This document shows positions 1-6,724 of a DNA stretch of 40,000 nt, piece after piece. The DNA comes from Marinobacter piscensis. Its GTDB lineage: Bacteria; Pseudomonadota; Gammaproteobacteria; Pseudomonadales; Oleiphilaceae. The stretch spans positions 613,917-653,916 of the forward strand of contig NZ_VCGX01000001.1 of NCBI RefSeq assembly GCF_007671655.1. Direction: 5' to 3'. The stretch's first letter is position 1. Every line of letters begins with the position of its first letter. The notes beneath the pieces are model-generated. The model did not search any database, was not told where the DNA came from, and saw only the letters and a list, made by a program, of their open reading frames with translations. A program made the translations under genes and the position numbers.

Positions 1-240
1 GCCCAGAGTATGGCACGAGAGCTGGGGCCCAAAGGCATACACGTGGCTCACCCCATTATTGATGGTGCGATTGATACCGATTTCATTCGCGAAAATTTCC
101 CGGACAAGTATGCGCAAAAAGGCCAGGATGGCATCCTGAACCCTGAACACATCGCTGAGCAATACTGGCAAATACACTGCCAGCCCCGGGACTCGTGGAC
201 TCACGAACTGGACTTACGACCCTGGATGGAAACTTTCTAA
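1..240 (+). CDS. SDR-family oxidoreductase, C-terminal fragment (5' end outside window)
   Basis: Frame is open from base 1 to the stop at 238-240. The tail ...GIHVAHPIIDGAIDTDF... resembles short-chain dehydrogenase C-termini. Confidence 0.5.
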   Translation, partial: AQSMARELGPKGIHVAHPIIDGAIDTDFIRENFPDKYAQKGQDGILNPEHIAEQYWQIHCQPRDSWTHELDLRPWMETF

Positions 241-253
241 CAAGGATAAAACC

Positions 254-838
254 ATGAGCAACACGATAGAAGTCTACTTCGACGTCGGCAGCCCCGCCAG
301 CTATCTTGCCTGGACGCAATTGCCCGCACTGGCTGACCGGAACGATGCCGGCATCAACTGGAAACCCATGCTACTGGGTGGTGTATTCAAGGCAACGGGC
401 AACCAGTCTCCGGGCACCATACCGGCAAAAGGACACTATACGAGAGTCGACCTTGCACGCTTTGCCAAACAATACGGCGTCCCGTTCGAAAGCAACCCAT
501 ACTTTCCGATAAACACCCTGCAACTCATGCGGGGAGCCACGGGCTACCTTGAAAGCCCTCGCTTTCAGGAATACCTGAACGCCATATTCACTGCTATTTG
601 GGTGGACAAGAAGAACCTGAATGACCCGGACGTTGTCTCAGAGGTGCTGACTAATGCGGGGTTTGATCCATCTGAAGTGCTGGCACTCAGTAATAAGCCA
701 GCGGTAAAGGAACAGCTCAAACAAACAACCGAGGAAGCGGTTTCCCGGGGCGTTTTTGGCGCGCCCACGTGTTTCGTTGCAAACGAAATGTTCTTTGGAC
801 AGGATCGGCTCGACTGGGTAGAAAAAGCGTTGCGTTAA
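254..838 (+). CDS. 2-hydroxychromene-2-carboxylate isomerase / DsbA-like thioredoxin-fold protein
   Basis: 194-aa ORF. The N-terminal YFDVGSPASYL and C-terminal GVFGAPTCFV..FFGQDRL motifs are typical of the HCCA-isomerase branch of the DsbA family. Confidence 0.7.
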   Translation: MSNTIEVYFDVGSPASYLAWTQLPALADRNDAGINWKPMLLGGVFKATGNQSPGTIPAKGHYTRVDLARFAKQYGVPFESNPYFPINTLQLMRGATGYLESPRFQEYLNAIFTAIWVDKKNLNDPDVVSEVLTNAGFDPSEVLALSNKPAVKEQLKQTTEEAVSRGVFGAPTCFVANEMFFGQDRLDWVEKALR

Positions 839-878
839 CAGGAATGAAGGTACCCGAGTTTAAAACTGAAGCAGAAGA

Positions 879-934
879 GCAACGCACTTGCATGCGCATA
901 GTCATGCGCATAATCTATTGCTAAGTGTGTTACT
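879..934 (-). repeat. Putative degenerate terminal attC (distal end of array)
   Basis: GCAACGCACTTGCA...TGCTAAGTGTGTTAC. AAC/GTT ends flank CACTTGCA paired with TGCTAAGTG (one bulged base). Both 7-bp cores deviate from consensus. Confidence 0.35.
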
Positions 935-950
935 GCAACTGGAGGCTAAA

Positions 951-1196
951 ATGGCCGATCTATACAACACAGCCGCCCCAAAAAAAGCCGCAAACTTGTC
1001 GGTTAACAGCGACTTGCTGGAAAAGACACGCGCTCTGAACATTAACCTGTCTGCGACCCTTGAGCGAGCACTGAAAGAAGAATTAGCAAAGCACAAGGCT
1101 GACCAGTGGGTAGAGGAAAACCGGACAGCAATCAAAAGCTACAACGAGTTCGTCGAACAGCACGGCTGTTTCGGGGACGAATTTCGGGAGTTTTGA
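951..1196 (+). CDS. ccdA: CcdA-family antitoxin
   Basis: The 81-aa protein ...NLSATLERALKEELAKHKADQWVEENRTAIKSYNEFVEQHGCFGDEFREF matches the CcdA pattern. Its stop overlaps the ccdB ATG (TGATG). Confidence 0.7.
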   Translation: MADLYNTAAPKKAANLSVNSDLLEKTRALNINLSATLERALKEELAKHKADQWVEENRTAIKSYNEFVEQHGCFGDEFREF

Positions 1197-1513
1197 TGGC
1201 TCAGTTCGACGTTTATCCAAACCCGAGCAAAATCAGTAAGACGCATTACCCGTACCTAGTGGATGTTCAAAGCCCTCTTCTGACCGATCTCGCAACTCGT
1301 ATCGTCATTCCGCTGGGCAAGCGTTCGGCATTCGGCGGCCAAGCCATGCAAGGGCTAACACCAGAAATAACCTTTGCGGATCAGGAACTGCTGTTGCTGA
1401 CACCTCAAATTTCTTCAGTGCCTGAAAAACAGCTGAAGAATCCAATTGGTTCCCTATCGCATTTCAGAGACCAGATTGTTGGAGCTCTGGATTTTGCAAT
1501 CACTGGCATTTAA
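1196..1513 (+). CDS. ccdB: CcdB-family toxin (gyrase poison family)
   Basis: The 105-aa protein MAQFDVYPNP...YLVDVQS...RIVIPL...ITGI is collinear with F-plasmid CcdB. Its stop TAA is the TAAC of the next attC. Confidence 0.8.
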   Translation: MAQFDVYPNPSKISKTHYPYLVDVQSPLLTDLATRIVIPLGKRSAFGGQAMQGLTPEITFADQELLLLTPQISSVPEKQLKNPIGSLSHFRDQIVGALDFAITGI

Positions 1514-1583
1514 CGCTGCGCGCGCCGGTGGCCTTTTTGGAGCAGCGCGGAGAAAAGGCCATCCGCGTGGCGCGACTTGTTAT
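1511..1583 (-). repeat. attC site (non-class-A)
   Basis: + strand TAACGCTGCGCGCGCC...GGCGCGACTTGTTAT; GC-rich imperfect palindrome between the cores. Confidence 0.75.
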
Positions 1584-1635
1584 GGGGTGAAACATACTGC
1601 ATCATTTAGCTATGTCTATCTCCACGGGATGTAAA

Positions 1636-1872
1636 ATGACAGCGATCGAGCTCGAAGCCCTCAGAAATGCTGCCATGATGCTCTCCGAACAGGAGCGCGC
1701 CGCTTTAGCCAAAGATCTGGTGGCAAGCCTGGATGGCCCTGCAGATGAAGGTGTTGCCGAAGCGTGGGACCGTGAAATTCGCCGAAGAATTCAGCAGATT
1801 GATTCGGGAGAAGCAGAGCTTCTTGACGCAAAGGAAGTCCTGTCCCGCGCCAGAGATCGTATCAGGGGCTGA
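1636..1872 (+). CDS. Addiction-module antitoxin (Unstab_antitox-like)
   Basis: MTAIELEALRNAAMMLSEQERAALAKDLVASLDGPADEGVAEAWDREIRRRI... is the typical pattern of the putative addiction module component family. It lies 5 nt upstream of a RelE/ParE-like ORF. Confidence 0.6.
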   Translation: MTAIELEALRNAAMMLSEQERAALAKDLVASLDGPADEGVAEAWDREIRRRIQQIDSGEAELLDAKEVLSRARDRIRG

Positions 1873-1877
1873 TAATT

Positions 1878-2188
1878 TTGAAAGTAAGAGTTAGCAGGGA
1901 AGCTGCAACAGAATTGGAAGAAGCCTCTTCGTGGTATGAGCAGGAAGAAGTAGGGCTTGGAGAGCGCCTGATCAATGCGTTTGAACAAGCATTAAAGCTG
2001 CTTGTGGAACCAAATCCCCCATTGGTTCCAGTCCCGCATAAAGCGGCAGAATCCGGGGCAAAACAGCTCATTCTTCATGGATTCCCTTTCTCGCTCGTAA
2101 CATCCAAAGAAACCAAACTTTCATAGTCGTTGCTTTTGCCCACCACTCAAGAAAACCGGGCTACTGGCGAAAACGGATTACGCCATAA
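1878..2188 (+). pseudogene. RelE/ParE-family toxin interrupted by a frameshift
   Basis: Frame 0 (1878-2126) gives ...LILHGFPFSLVTSKETKLS*. Frame 2 continues ...TFIVVAFAHHSRKPGYWRKRITP*, the conserved toxin C-terminus, ending in the attC TAA at 2186-2188. The shift falls in the A-rich run around 2105-2120. Confidence 0.55.
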
Positions 2189-2247
2189 CGCCAGTGGTAA
2201 TGAGCGACGACGCAGCGCAGTTGGCGTCCCGTTGACCACCTTGTTAT
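2186..2247 (-). repeat. attC site (non-class-A; paralogous to the 4522 site)
   Basis: TAACGCCAGTGGTAATGAGCGACGACGCAGCGCAGTTGGCG...CTTGTTAT; the left half is near-identical to attC 4522-4581. Confidence 0.8.
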
Positions 2248-2256
2248 ATATTCACT

Positions 2257-2712
2257 TTATTTGAACGTACAGCGATTTGGTAATTCATTTTTTATGTATT
2301 CAGGGATGTCACTTTGAAAAACCAAGTAACTGCTTCCTTTGGCAGAAACTTCAATTTTTATGTGCTTTCTACCGCCACCAAGATAGTACTCCCCCCAACT
2401 TGGCCTCTTTTTGTAAACACGCCCTGTAATGTATAACTTTTCCTCTTCTTCAACAATCTTCATTGGGCTAGTTATTTTCTCCGGCAATAAAAATCCATTG
2501 ATGCCATTTTCAACCAAGAAAGGAGTATCGGCACTGTCATCATTGGCGCCCCCTATAGACCATATATATGCTCGATTTTCATGCAACTCTTTAAAAAAAC
2601 CCTTAACGTTTTGATTGAAGGCGGGGAAGCATTCTGCCTCTATTTCTTGGTTGCTAAACGTCGCAGAACAGCCTGCAAAAAAAATTATGGGTAGAACACT
2701 ATAAATTTTCAC
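2257..2712 (-). CDS. Hypothetical lipoprotein (cassette gene)
   Basis: 151-aa ORF with signal peptide plus lipobox MKIYSVLPIIFFAGC. AT-rich relative to its flanks and fills one cassette. Confidence 0.6.
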   Translation of the reverse strand: MKIYSVLPIIFFAGCSATFSNQEIEAECFPAFNQNVKGFFKELHENRAYIWSIGGANDDSADTPFLVENGINGFLLPEKITSPMKIVEEEEKLYITGRVYKKRPSWGEYYLGGGRKHIKIEVSAKGSSYLVFQSDIPEYIKNELPNRCTFK

Positions 2713-2734
2713 CTTAAAACCATCCCTGGATATA

Positions 2735-2804
2735 TAACGAGGCCATCACCGGTGCCAAAACCGGCGCGAAGCAGAGGTTTTGGCACCGGTGATGGCCTCG
2801 TTAT
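2735..2804 (-). repeat. attC site (long perfect-stem class, paralogous to the 17411 site)
   Basis: TAACGAGGCCATCACCGGTGCCAAAACC...GGTTTTGGCACCGGTGATGGCCTCGTTAT; long near-perfect palindrome. Confidence 0.85.
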
Positions 2805-3124
2805 GCAGCATCTAGCGGCTTAATCCGGTCTACTTCGTCCTTAACCGACTGAGCCGCCGTCCAAAGATCAACAGATCGCTGCGCATTCAGCCAGAACTCT
2901 GGAGAGTTGCCAAACAAGCGGGCAAGTCGAAGCGCCATTTCCGGACTGACAGCACGGCGCTCACGTAGTAATTCATTCACTGACTGGCGAGAGACACCCA
3001 GAGATTCAGCCAACCCCTTAACAGTCAGGTCATAGTCCGGCAGGAAATCTTCTCGCAGCATTTCACCGGGGTGAGTCGGCTTGCGCTGCATGCCGACAGT
3101 ATTAGGAATAGCCATAGTCATCAC
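2801..3124 (-). CDS. higA: HigA-family antitoxin (XRE HTH)
   Basis: ...THPGEMLREDFL...LTVKGLAESLGVSRQSVNELLRERRAVSPEMALRLARLFGNSPEFWLNAQ is the HigA pattern. It lies downstream of higB. Start is uncertain (3115-3124). The stop sits in the attC core. Confidence 0.8.
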   Translation of the reverse strand: MMTMAIPNTVGMQRKPTHPGEMLREDFLPDYDLTVKGLAESLGVSRQSVNELLRERRAVSPEMALRLARLFGNSPEFWLNAQRSVDLWTAAQSVKDEVDRIKPLDAA

Positions 3125-3129
3125 CTCAC

Positions 3130-3411
3130 TCAGTGGTAGTCACACACTTCGACCTCATACGCATCACCATCTTCAAAACGAAAACAGATGCGCCACTGAT
3201 CATTTATTGAAATTGCGTGCTGCCCCTGCCTATTTCCCGACAACGGGTGGAGGCGATTGCCAGGCGGCACTTTCAAGTCCTCCAGCTGTACGGCCAGATT
3301 CACATATTCAAGTTTTCTGGCAGCTCTCGATGCGACATCCGCAGGAAACTTCTTTGACTTGCCTTTGGAGTACAGTTTTTGAGTTCGTTTGTCAGCGAAG
3401 GATTTGATCAT
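3130..3411 (-). CDS. higB: HigB-like toxin (RelE/ParE superfamily, plasmid maintenance killer type)
   Basis: The 93-aa protein MIKSFADKRTQKLY...LHPLSGNRQGQHAISINDQWRICFRFEDGDAYEVEVCDYH is the canonical HigB pattern, with toxin-first gene order. Confidence 0.8.
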   Translation of the reverse strand: MIKSFADKRTQKLYSKGKSKKFPADVASRAARKLEYVNLAVQLEDLKVPPGNRLHPLSGNRQGQHAISINDQWRICFRFEDGDAYEVEVCDYH

Positions 3412-3467
3412 GCATCGAAGCGTAACATGTCACGTGACGCGTTTCAACGTGACTTGGAGTGACTGCA

Positions 3468-3533
3468 TAACGCTCAGCGTAATCGGCCGGTTTTGGAGCG
3501 TCAGTGGAAAAGTCCGGTTGACCGCCTTGTTAT
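3468..3533 (-). repeat. attC site (non-class-A)
   Basis: TAACGCTCAGCG...CCGGTTGACCGCCTTGTTAT. Confidence 0.75.
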
Positions 3534-3552
3534 GTGGTTGATTCAACTGGAT

Positions 3553-3795
3553 TCACGATTCGATGCCAATTAGGGAGTCGATGCCTTCATCCCTTATGGT
3601 CGCTTTAGCCTCGTCCAGAGCTGCAGCATCTGTATCGAACTCGTCATCCCATACAGTGGAGTTATTGAACTCATCCACCACTTCGAGAATCCAGCCACCG
3701 GTGTCACCACGGTAGATATCCACTTTGACCGTTTTCCCATCAACCGTCAGTTCCTGGCAAAGGGGACTCATCTCGATCTCAAAATCATCTTCCAT
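3553..3795 (-). CDS. Hypothetical small acidic protein (cassette gene)
   Basis: 80-aa ORF, very D/E-rich (MEDDFEIEM...VWDDEFDTDAAALDEA...). It is the sole ORF of its cassette. Confidence 0.5.
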   Translation of the reverse strand: MEDDFEIEMSPLCQELTVDGKTVKVDIYRGDTGGWILEVVDEFNNSTVWDDEFDTDAAALDEAKATIRDEGIDSLIGIES

Positions 3796-3827
3796 TCACT
3801 ATCTCCGGGATAGAGTCTTTGTACACA

Positions 3828-3900
3828 TGACGCTGAGCGCACCGGTGACTTTGGCGTAGCGAAGCGGAGACAAAGGCATCCGAGTGCCGCGCCTGGTTAA
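3828..3900 (-). repeat. attC site with mutated R' core (GTC instead of GTT)
   Basis: + strand reads TGACGCTGAGCGC...GCCTGGTTA. Every other site has TAAC/AAAC here; this one has TGAC, i.e. GTCA on the cassette strand. Confidence 0.7.
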
Positions 3901-3901
3901 A

Positions 3902-4186
3902 TTACGATCGTTCACCTTCAAGGCCATGCCATACCCGGAGAATGATGATGGCACTGGCATGAAGTGAGTATCGAACGACGTATTTTCCGAAAACCATATC
4001 TCGAACAGAGTCTGGCACCGGTGCCATTTCAACGGGTGTGCCCATTTTGGGGAAGTCTGGGAGCAGTCCGATTTTGCCAACCAACTCGGCGGCAATCTTG
4101 GCTGCCGCCGATGAATTGTGGACTTCAATGAACTCCCTCAAACGTTTCAGATCTTCGATGGCTTCATCCGTGTAAACCAGTTTCAC
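3902..4186 (-). CDS. ParE/RelE-family toxin
   Basis: The 94-aa protein MKLVYTDEAIEDLKRLREFI...YVVRYSLHASAIIILRVWHGLE is the ParE pattern. It overlaps the upstream antitoxin stop by 4 nt. Confidence 0.75.
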   Translation of the reverse strand: MKLVYTDEAIEDLKRLREFIEVHNSSAAAKIAAELVGKIGLLPDFPKMGTPVEMAPVPDSVRDMVFGKYVVRYSLHASAIIILRVWHGLEGERS

Positions 4187-4455
4187 TTACCTGACCTCGG
4201 TGCATCCTGCTCGCTCTCGGCTCCCCAACTATTAAGCCAGCTATGAACCTCGCTGGCATCAACAACCTTGCCTTGGGCGGCAGACTCCATTGCCTCTAAC
4301 GTTTGTTTCCACCGCTCTTGCTCAAGCTGCTGCTTTTCTATGTATTCCGACAATGCCTGGTTGATTACCCAACCTTTGCTCCGGTGCAGCCTGCCGGCGA
4401 TTGCTTCCAGGTGCTGTTCAACTTCTGCGCGGAGGCGAACTGTGGTGACACTCAT
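4183..4455 (-). CDS. Ribbon-helix-helix (CopG-like) antitoxin
   Basis: MSVTTVRLRAEVEQHLEAIAGRLHRSKGWVINQALSEYIEK... is an RHH N-terminus. The ATG at 4455 is the first in-cassette start. Confidence 0.65.
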   Translation of the reverse strand: MSVTTVRLRAEVEQHLEAIAGRLHRSKGWVINQALSEYIEKQQLEQERWKQTLEAMESAAQGKVVDASEVHSWLNSWGAESEQDAPRSGK

Positions 4456-4521
4456 GACTATACCCTCGAATTTACGACTACAACGTATTACAGCATAGTC
4501 GATGAGGTTGCGGCAAAAATT

Positions 4522-4581
4522 TAACGCTAGTGGTAATGGGCGACGACGCAGCGCAGTTGGCGAACTTGAACGATTGGTTAT
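4522..4581 (-). repeat. attC site (paralogous to the 2186 site)
   Basis: TAACGCTAGTGGTAATGGGCGACGACGCAGCGCAGTTGGCG...GATTGGTTAT. Confidence 0.8.
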
Positions 4582-4618
4582 ACATAAGGCTACCACCCCC
4601 ACCAATGCCAAACCTTGG

Positions 4619-4864
4619 CTACACCGCGCCAGACACCCCCGAGAATAGACGGGAAAAGTCGCGGGAGCAGCAACGCCAACACAGCAAAACCCAAAACACA
4701 GAAAATGAGGTAACGACTGCTAAGAAAGCCATCCCAGTAAACGGCCAACTCCAAATTGGCCCAGAGCCAAACGCATGCTGCCGTTGGGACAGAGAAAAAC
4801 AGCGATGCAAAAGGCTGATCAACCTTATTTCAATTGGCCCATCTTGGCCGCGATTCCTTGCCAT
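4619..4864 (-). CDS. Possible small membrane protein (weak call)
   Basis: 81-aa ORF and the only one contained in cassette 4582-4887. It has a hydrophobic stretch MAFLAVVTSFSVFWVLLCW but no good SD. Confidence 0.25.
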   Translation of the reverse strand: MARNRGQDGPIEIRLISLLHRCFSLSQRQHAFGSGPIWSWPFTGMAFLAVVTSFSVFWVLLCWRCCSRDFSRLFSGVSGAV

Positions 4865-4887
4865 GATCTATGAATATTCCTTGTGTA

Positions 4888-4966
4888 TAACGCTTGCAGC
4901 ATGCGCGCCCACGGAATGGAGCCGAAGGCGCAATGTAGTGGGCGTCGCCGTGCCTGCACTGGTTAG
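4888..4966 (-). repeat. attC site, class A (79-bp family)
   Basis: TAACGCTTGCAGCATGCGCGCCCACGGAATGGAGCCGAAGGCGCAATGTAGTGGGCGTCGCCGTGCCTGCACTGGTTAG. Confidence 0.9.
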
Positions 4967-5508
4967 GCATGCCCACGTCTATTCTCATCGTTGAAGGCCA
5001 AATGGAGCTTGGAAGCCGGAAACTCTCGCTTCGATAAAAACGCATTCCAGAGGTCTTGGCAGTAAAGGTTGGGCCAGAGGTAGTTTGTGATATGTATGTG
5101 AGAGCCGCCGCACCAATGGTTGCCTTTGTCGTAAAGCTCGTCCATTTCAAAAAACACCATGTGCCATTCACTCAAAGGATGCTGAGTCTCTCGAGAAAAA
5201 AACATGTGGGCCACTTTATACTTCCGCTCGCCATGTGTTTTGAACAAACGGCGAAATGCTTTCTGGCCTTCTGGCGATGCCTGAACCTCACTGCTGGCAT
5301 CCAGAATGTCAAAGTCACTCTCTCGCGTTTCTAAGTGCTCTGGAACGTAGTCGAAAAAGCTCATCGTGTGATTCAGGTGGAGCGCTCCAGCTTTGCAGGC
5401 AATTATCACGTCTACGAAATCGCTGCTCTCGACAGTCAGCGACTTGCATAGCTGCTTCAATTCCTTTTTATCCTGACACATCAGAACTTTCGCGAAGGTG
5501 TTCTCCAT
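4963..5508 (-). CDS. Hypothetical protein (cassette gene)
   Basis: 181 aa from the ATG at 5508, preceded by GAGGA at 5 nt. The stop TAA lies in the attC R'' core. No recognisable family. Confidence 0.55.
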   Translation of the reverse strand: MENTFAKVLMCQDKKELKQLCKSLTVESSDFVDVIIACKAGALHLNHTMSFFDYVPEHLETRESDFDILDASSEVQASPEGQKAFRRLFKTHGERKYKVAHMFFSRETQHPLSEWHMVFFEMDELYDKGNHWCGGSHIHITNYLWPNLYCQDLWNAFLSKREFPASKLHLAFNDENRRGHA

Positions 5509-5525
5509 CCGAATCCTCGATTGCC

Positions 5526-5592
5526 TAACGCCTTGGCTTTGCGGCGTGCCGGAGCGCCAGCGTAGGCGCGTCCGACAACAGCCACTGGTTAA
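5526..5592 (-). repeat. attC site (non-class-A)
   Basis: TAACGCCTTGGC...CAGCCACTGGTTAA. Confidence 0.75.
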
Positions 5593-5882
5593 GCTGCTTC
5601 GAAGTCCAAGGGATGAATGCCATCCAGATTGACCGTATTGCGGGCCACCCAAAGATCGTACATGTCCTGCATCGCCAACCAGCTCTCAGGAGTACGCCCG
5701 AGAACCTTGGACAGCCGCAAAGACATTTCAGGGCTAATGCCACTATCCCCTTTGAGCAGCCGAGACAAAGTAGAAGGTGAAACGCCCAGACTGGAAGCAA
5801 GCTGACGAGAGCTGATACCGAAAGGCTCCAGGTACACCTCGCGAATGAATTCACCAGGATGCGGCGGATTATGCATAGTCAT
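5589..5882 (-). CDS. higA: HigA-family antitoxin (XRE HTH)
   Basis: [72 protein letters not shown]. Its ATG overlaps the higB stop by 1 nt. Confidence 0.8.
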   Translation of the reverse strand: MTMHNPPHPGEFIREVYLEPFGISSRQLASSLGVSPSTLSRLLKGDSGISPEMSLRLSKVLGRTPESWLAMQDMYDLWVARNTVNLDGIHPLDFEAA

Positions 5883-6160
5883 TAGTGATAATCCTCATAA
5901 TCAAGAATGTAGGCGTTGCCGTCCTGGAATTCGAACGTCATGCGCCAATTTCCGTTAACCCTAATCGACCACCGGCCTTTGTCTTTACCCTTCAATGAAT
6001 GAAGCCGAAAACCAGGGATATCCATGTCTTCCACTGAAGTCGCCGTATCCAGAGCAGCCAGCTGCATACGCAGCTTCGTGGCATGGTCGGGTTGTATGCC
6101 AGACGTGTGGCCGGTCGAATAAAACCGCTTCAGTCCTTTGTGACGGAATGATTTAATCAT
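5882..6160 (-). CDS. higB: HigB-like toxin
   Basis: [14 protein letters not shown]...[40 protein letters not shown]; a paralog of the 3130-3411 gene. Confidence 0.8.
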   Translation of the reverse strand: MIKSFRHKGLKRFYSTGHTSGIQPDHATKLRMQLAALDTATSVEDMDIPGFRLHSLKGKDKGRWSIRVNGNWRMTFEFQDGNAYILDYEDYH

Positions 6161-6202
6161 GAGGGAATGCTAGCATGTTGCGCATCACGCAACAATAGAG
6201 CT

Positions 6203-6295
6203 TAACGCTGTTGTTTAGCGGCGGCTACGGAGCGCAGCATAGTAGGCGTCCGGTGTAGGGCCGTCGGCCCGGAACGTACTACAACTACTGGTTAG
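6203..6295 (-). repeat. attC site (long class with GGCGTCCGG core)
   Basis: TAACGCTGTTGTTTAGCGGCGGC...GGCGTCCGGTG...CTACTGGTTAG, 93 bp. Confidence 0.8.
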
Positions 6296-6556
6296 AAGCC
6301 GGCTCACCCGTTGGTTCCAGCCCTAATGCTCGGCTCGCATGCGAACTCCAAAGAAGCCCCGCACCTGCTCGCGATCCGGCACCGATACAAACTACCAGAC
6401 TACCCGGCGCGTTTGGAATTTTCGGCGAATTGCCCCGTAACCTGAACACCGAGTTGCCCACCAAAACCGATGCATTACTGGCGGCTGTGTTTTGCCCGAA
6501 AACAACTGCTAAAACGCGGTCAAACACCAAACCCAACAGCGATGAAGCCAGGCATA
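6296..6556 (-). other. ORF-poor cassette, family member 1 of 4
   Basis: 261-bp cassette. The only long frame starts inside the neighbouring attC. It shares sequence modules with cassettes 14881-15222, 18047-18352 and 18438-18776. Confidence 0.5.
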
Positions 6557-6652
6557 TAACGCTGAGCTTAGCGGCGACCTTGGAATGAAGGCGAAGCCGC
6601 AATGTAAAGGGCGTCCGGCGGACATCGGCCGCGTACTACAGCGACTTGTTAA
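6557..6652 (-). repeat. attC site (long class; paralogous to the 15836 site)
   Basis: TAACGCTGAGCTTAGCGGCGACCTTGGAATGAAGGCGAAGCCGCAATGTAAAGGGCGTCCGGCGG...CGACTTGTTAA. Confidence 0.85.
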
Positions 6653-6654
6653 AT

Positions 6655-6709
6655 TTATCTCTTGCCGTAGTATGCATTAAGCAATTTCGCATCATCCTCA
6701 CAGAAGTGC
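6655..6709 (-). pseudogene. 3' fragment of the cassette gene split by IS66 (5' part at 9137-9536)
   Basis: Removing the IS and one copy of AGAAGTGC restores the frame ...IVRKRQHF-CEDDAKLLNAYYGKR*, with the stop at 6655-6657. Confidence 0.75.
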
Positions 6710-6724
6710 GTAAGCGGCCGGTGA

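Noticed and set aside
3419-3447. TTGAAA-17-TACGCT promoter with a GTCACGTGAC palindrome upstream of the first higB.
   Set aside because: Not listed as a feature. The -10 ends only 7 nt before the ATG, so the transcript would have to be leaderless. That is plausible for a TA operon but too speculative without a mapped 5' end.
4530-4994. 154-aa + strand ORF, plus many other track ORFs containing peptides such as LTSAGTATPTTLRLRLHS, ACAPTEWSRRRNVVGVAVPALV or MQARRRPLHCAFGSIS (for example 6285-6602, 10472-10696, 13600-13821, 18691-19008 and the N-termini of 9620-10276, 16256-17143, 19299-20003, 20043-20735).
   Set aside because: These recurring peptides are simply translations of the repeated attC sequence in different frames. 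The ORFs cross cassette boundaries, so the true genes start inside each cassette.
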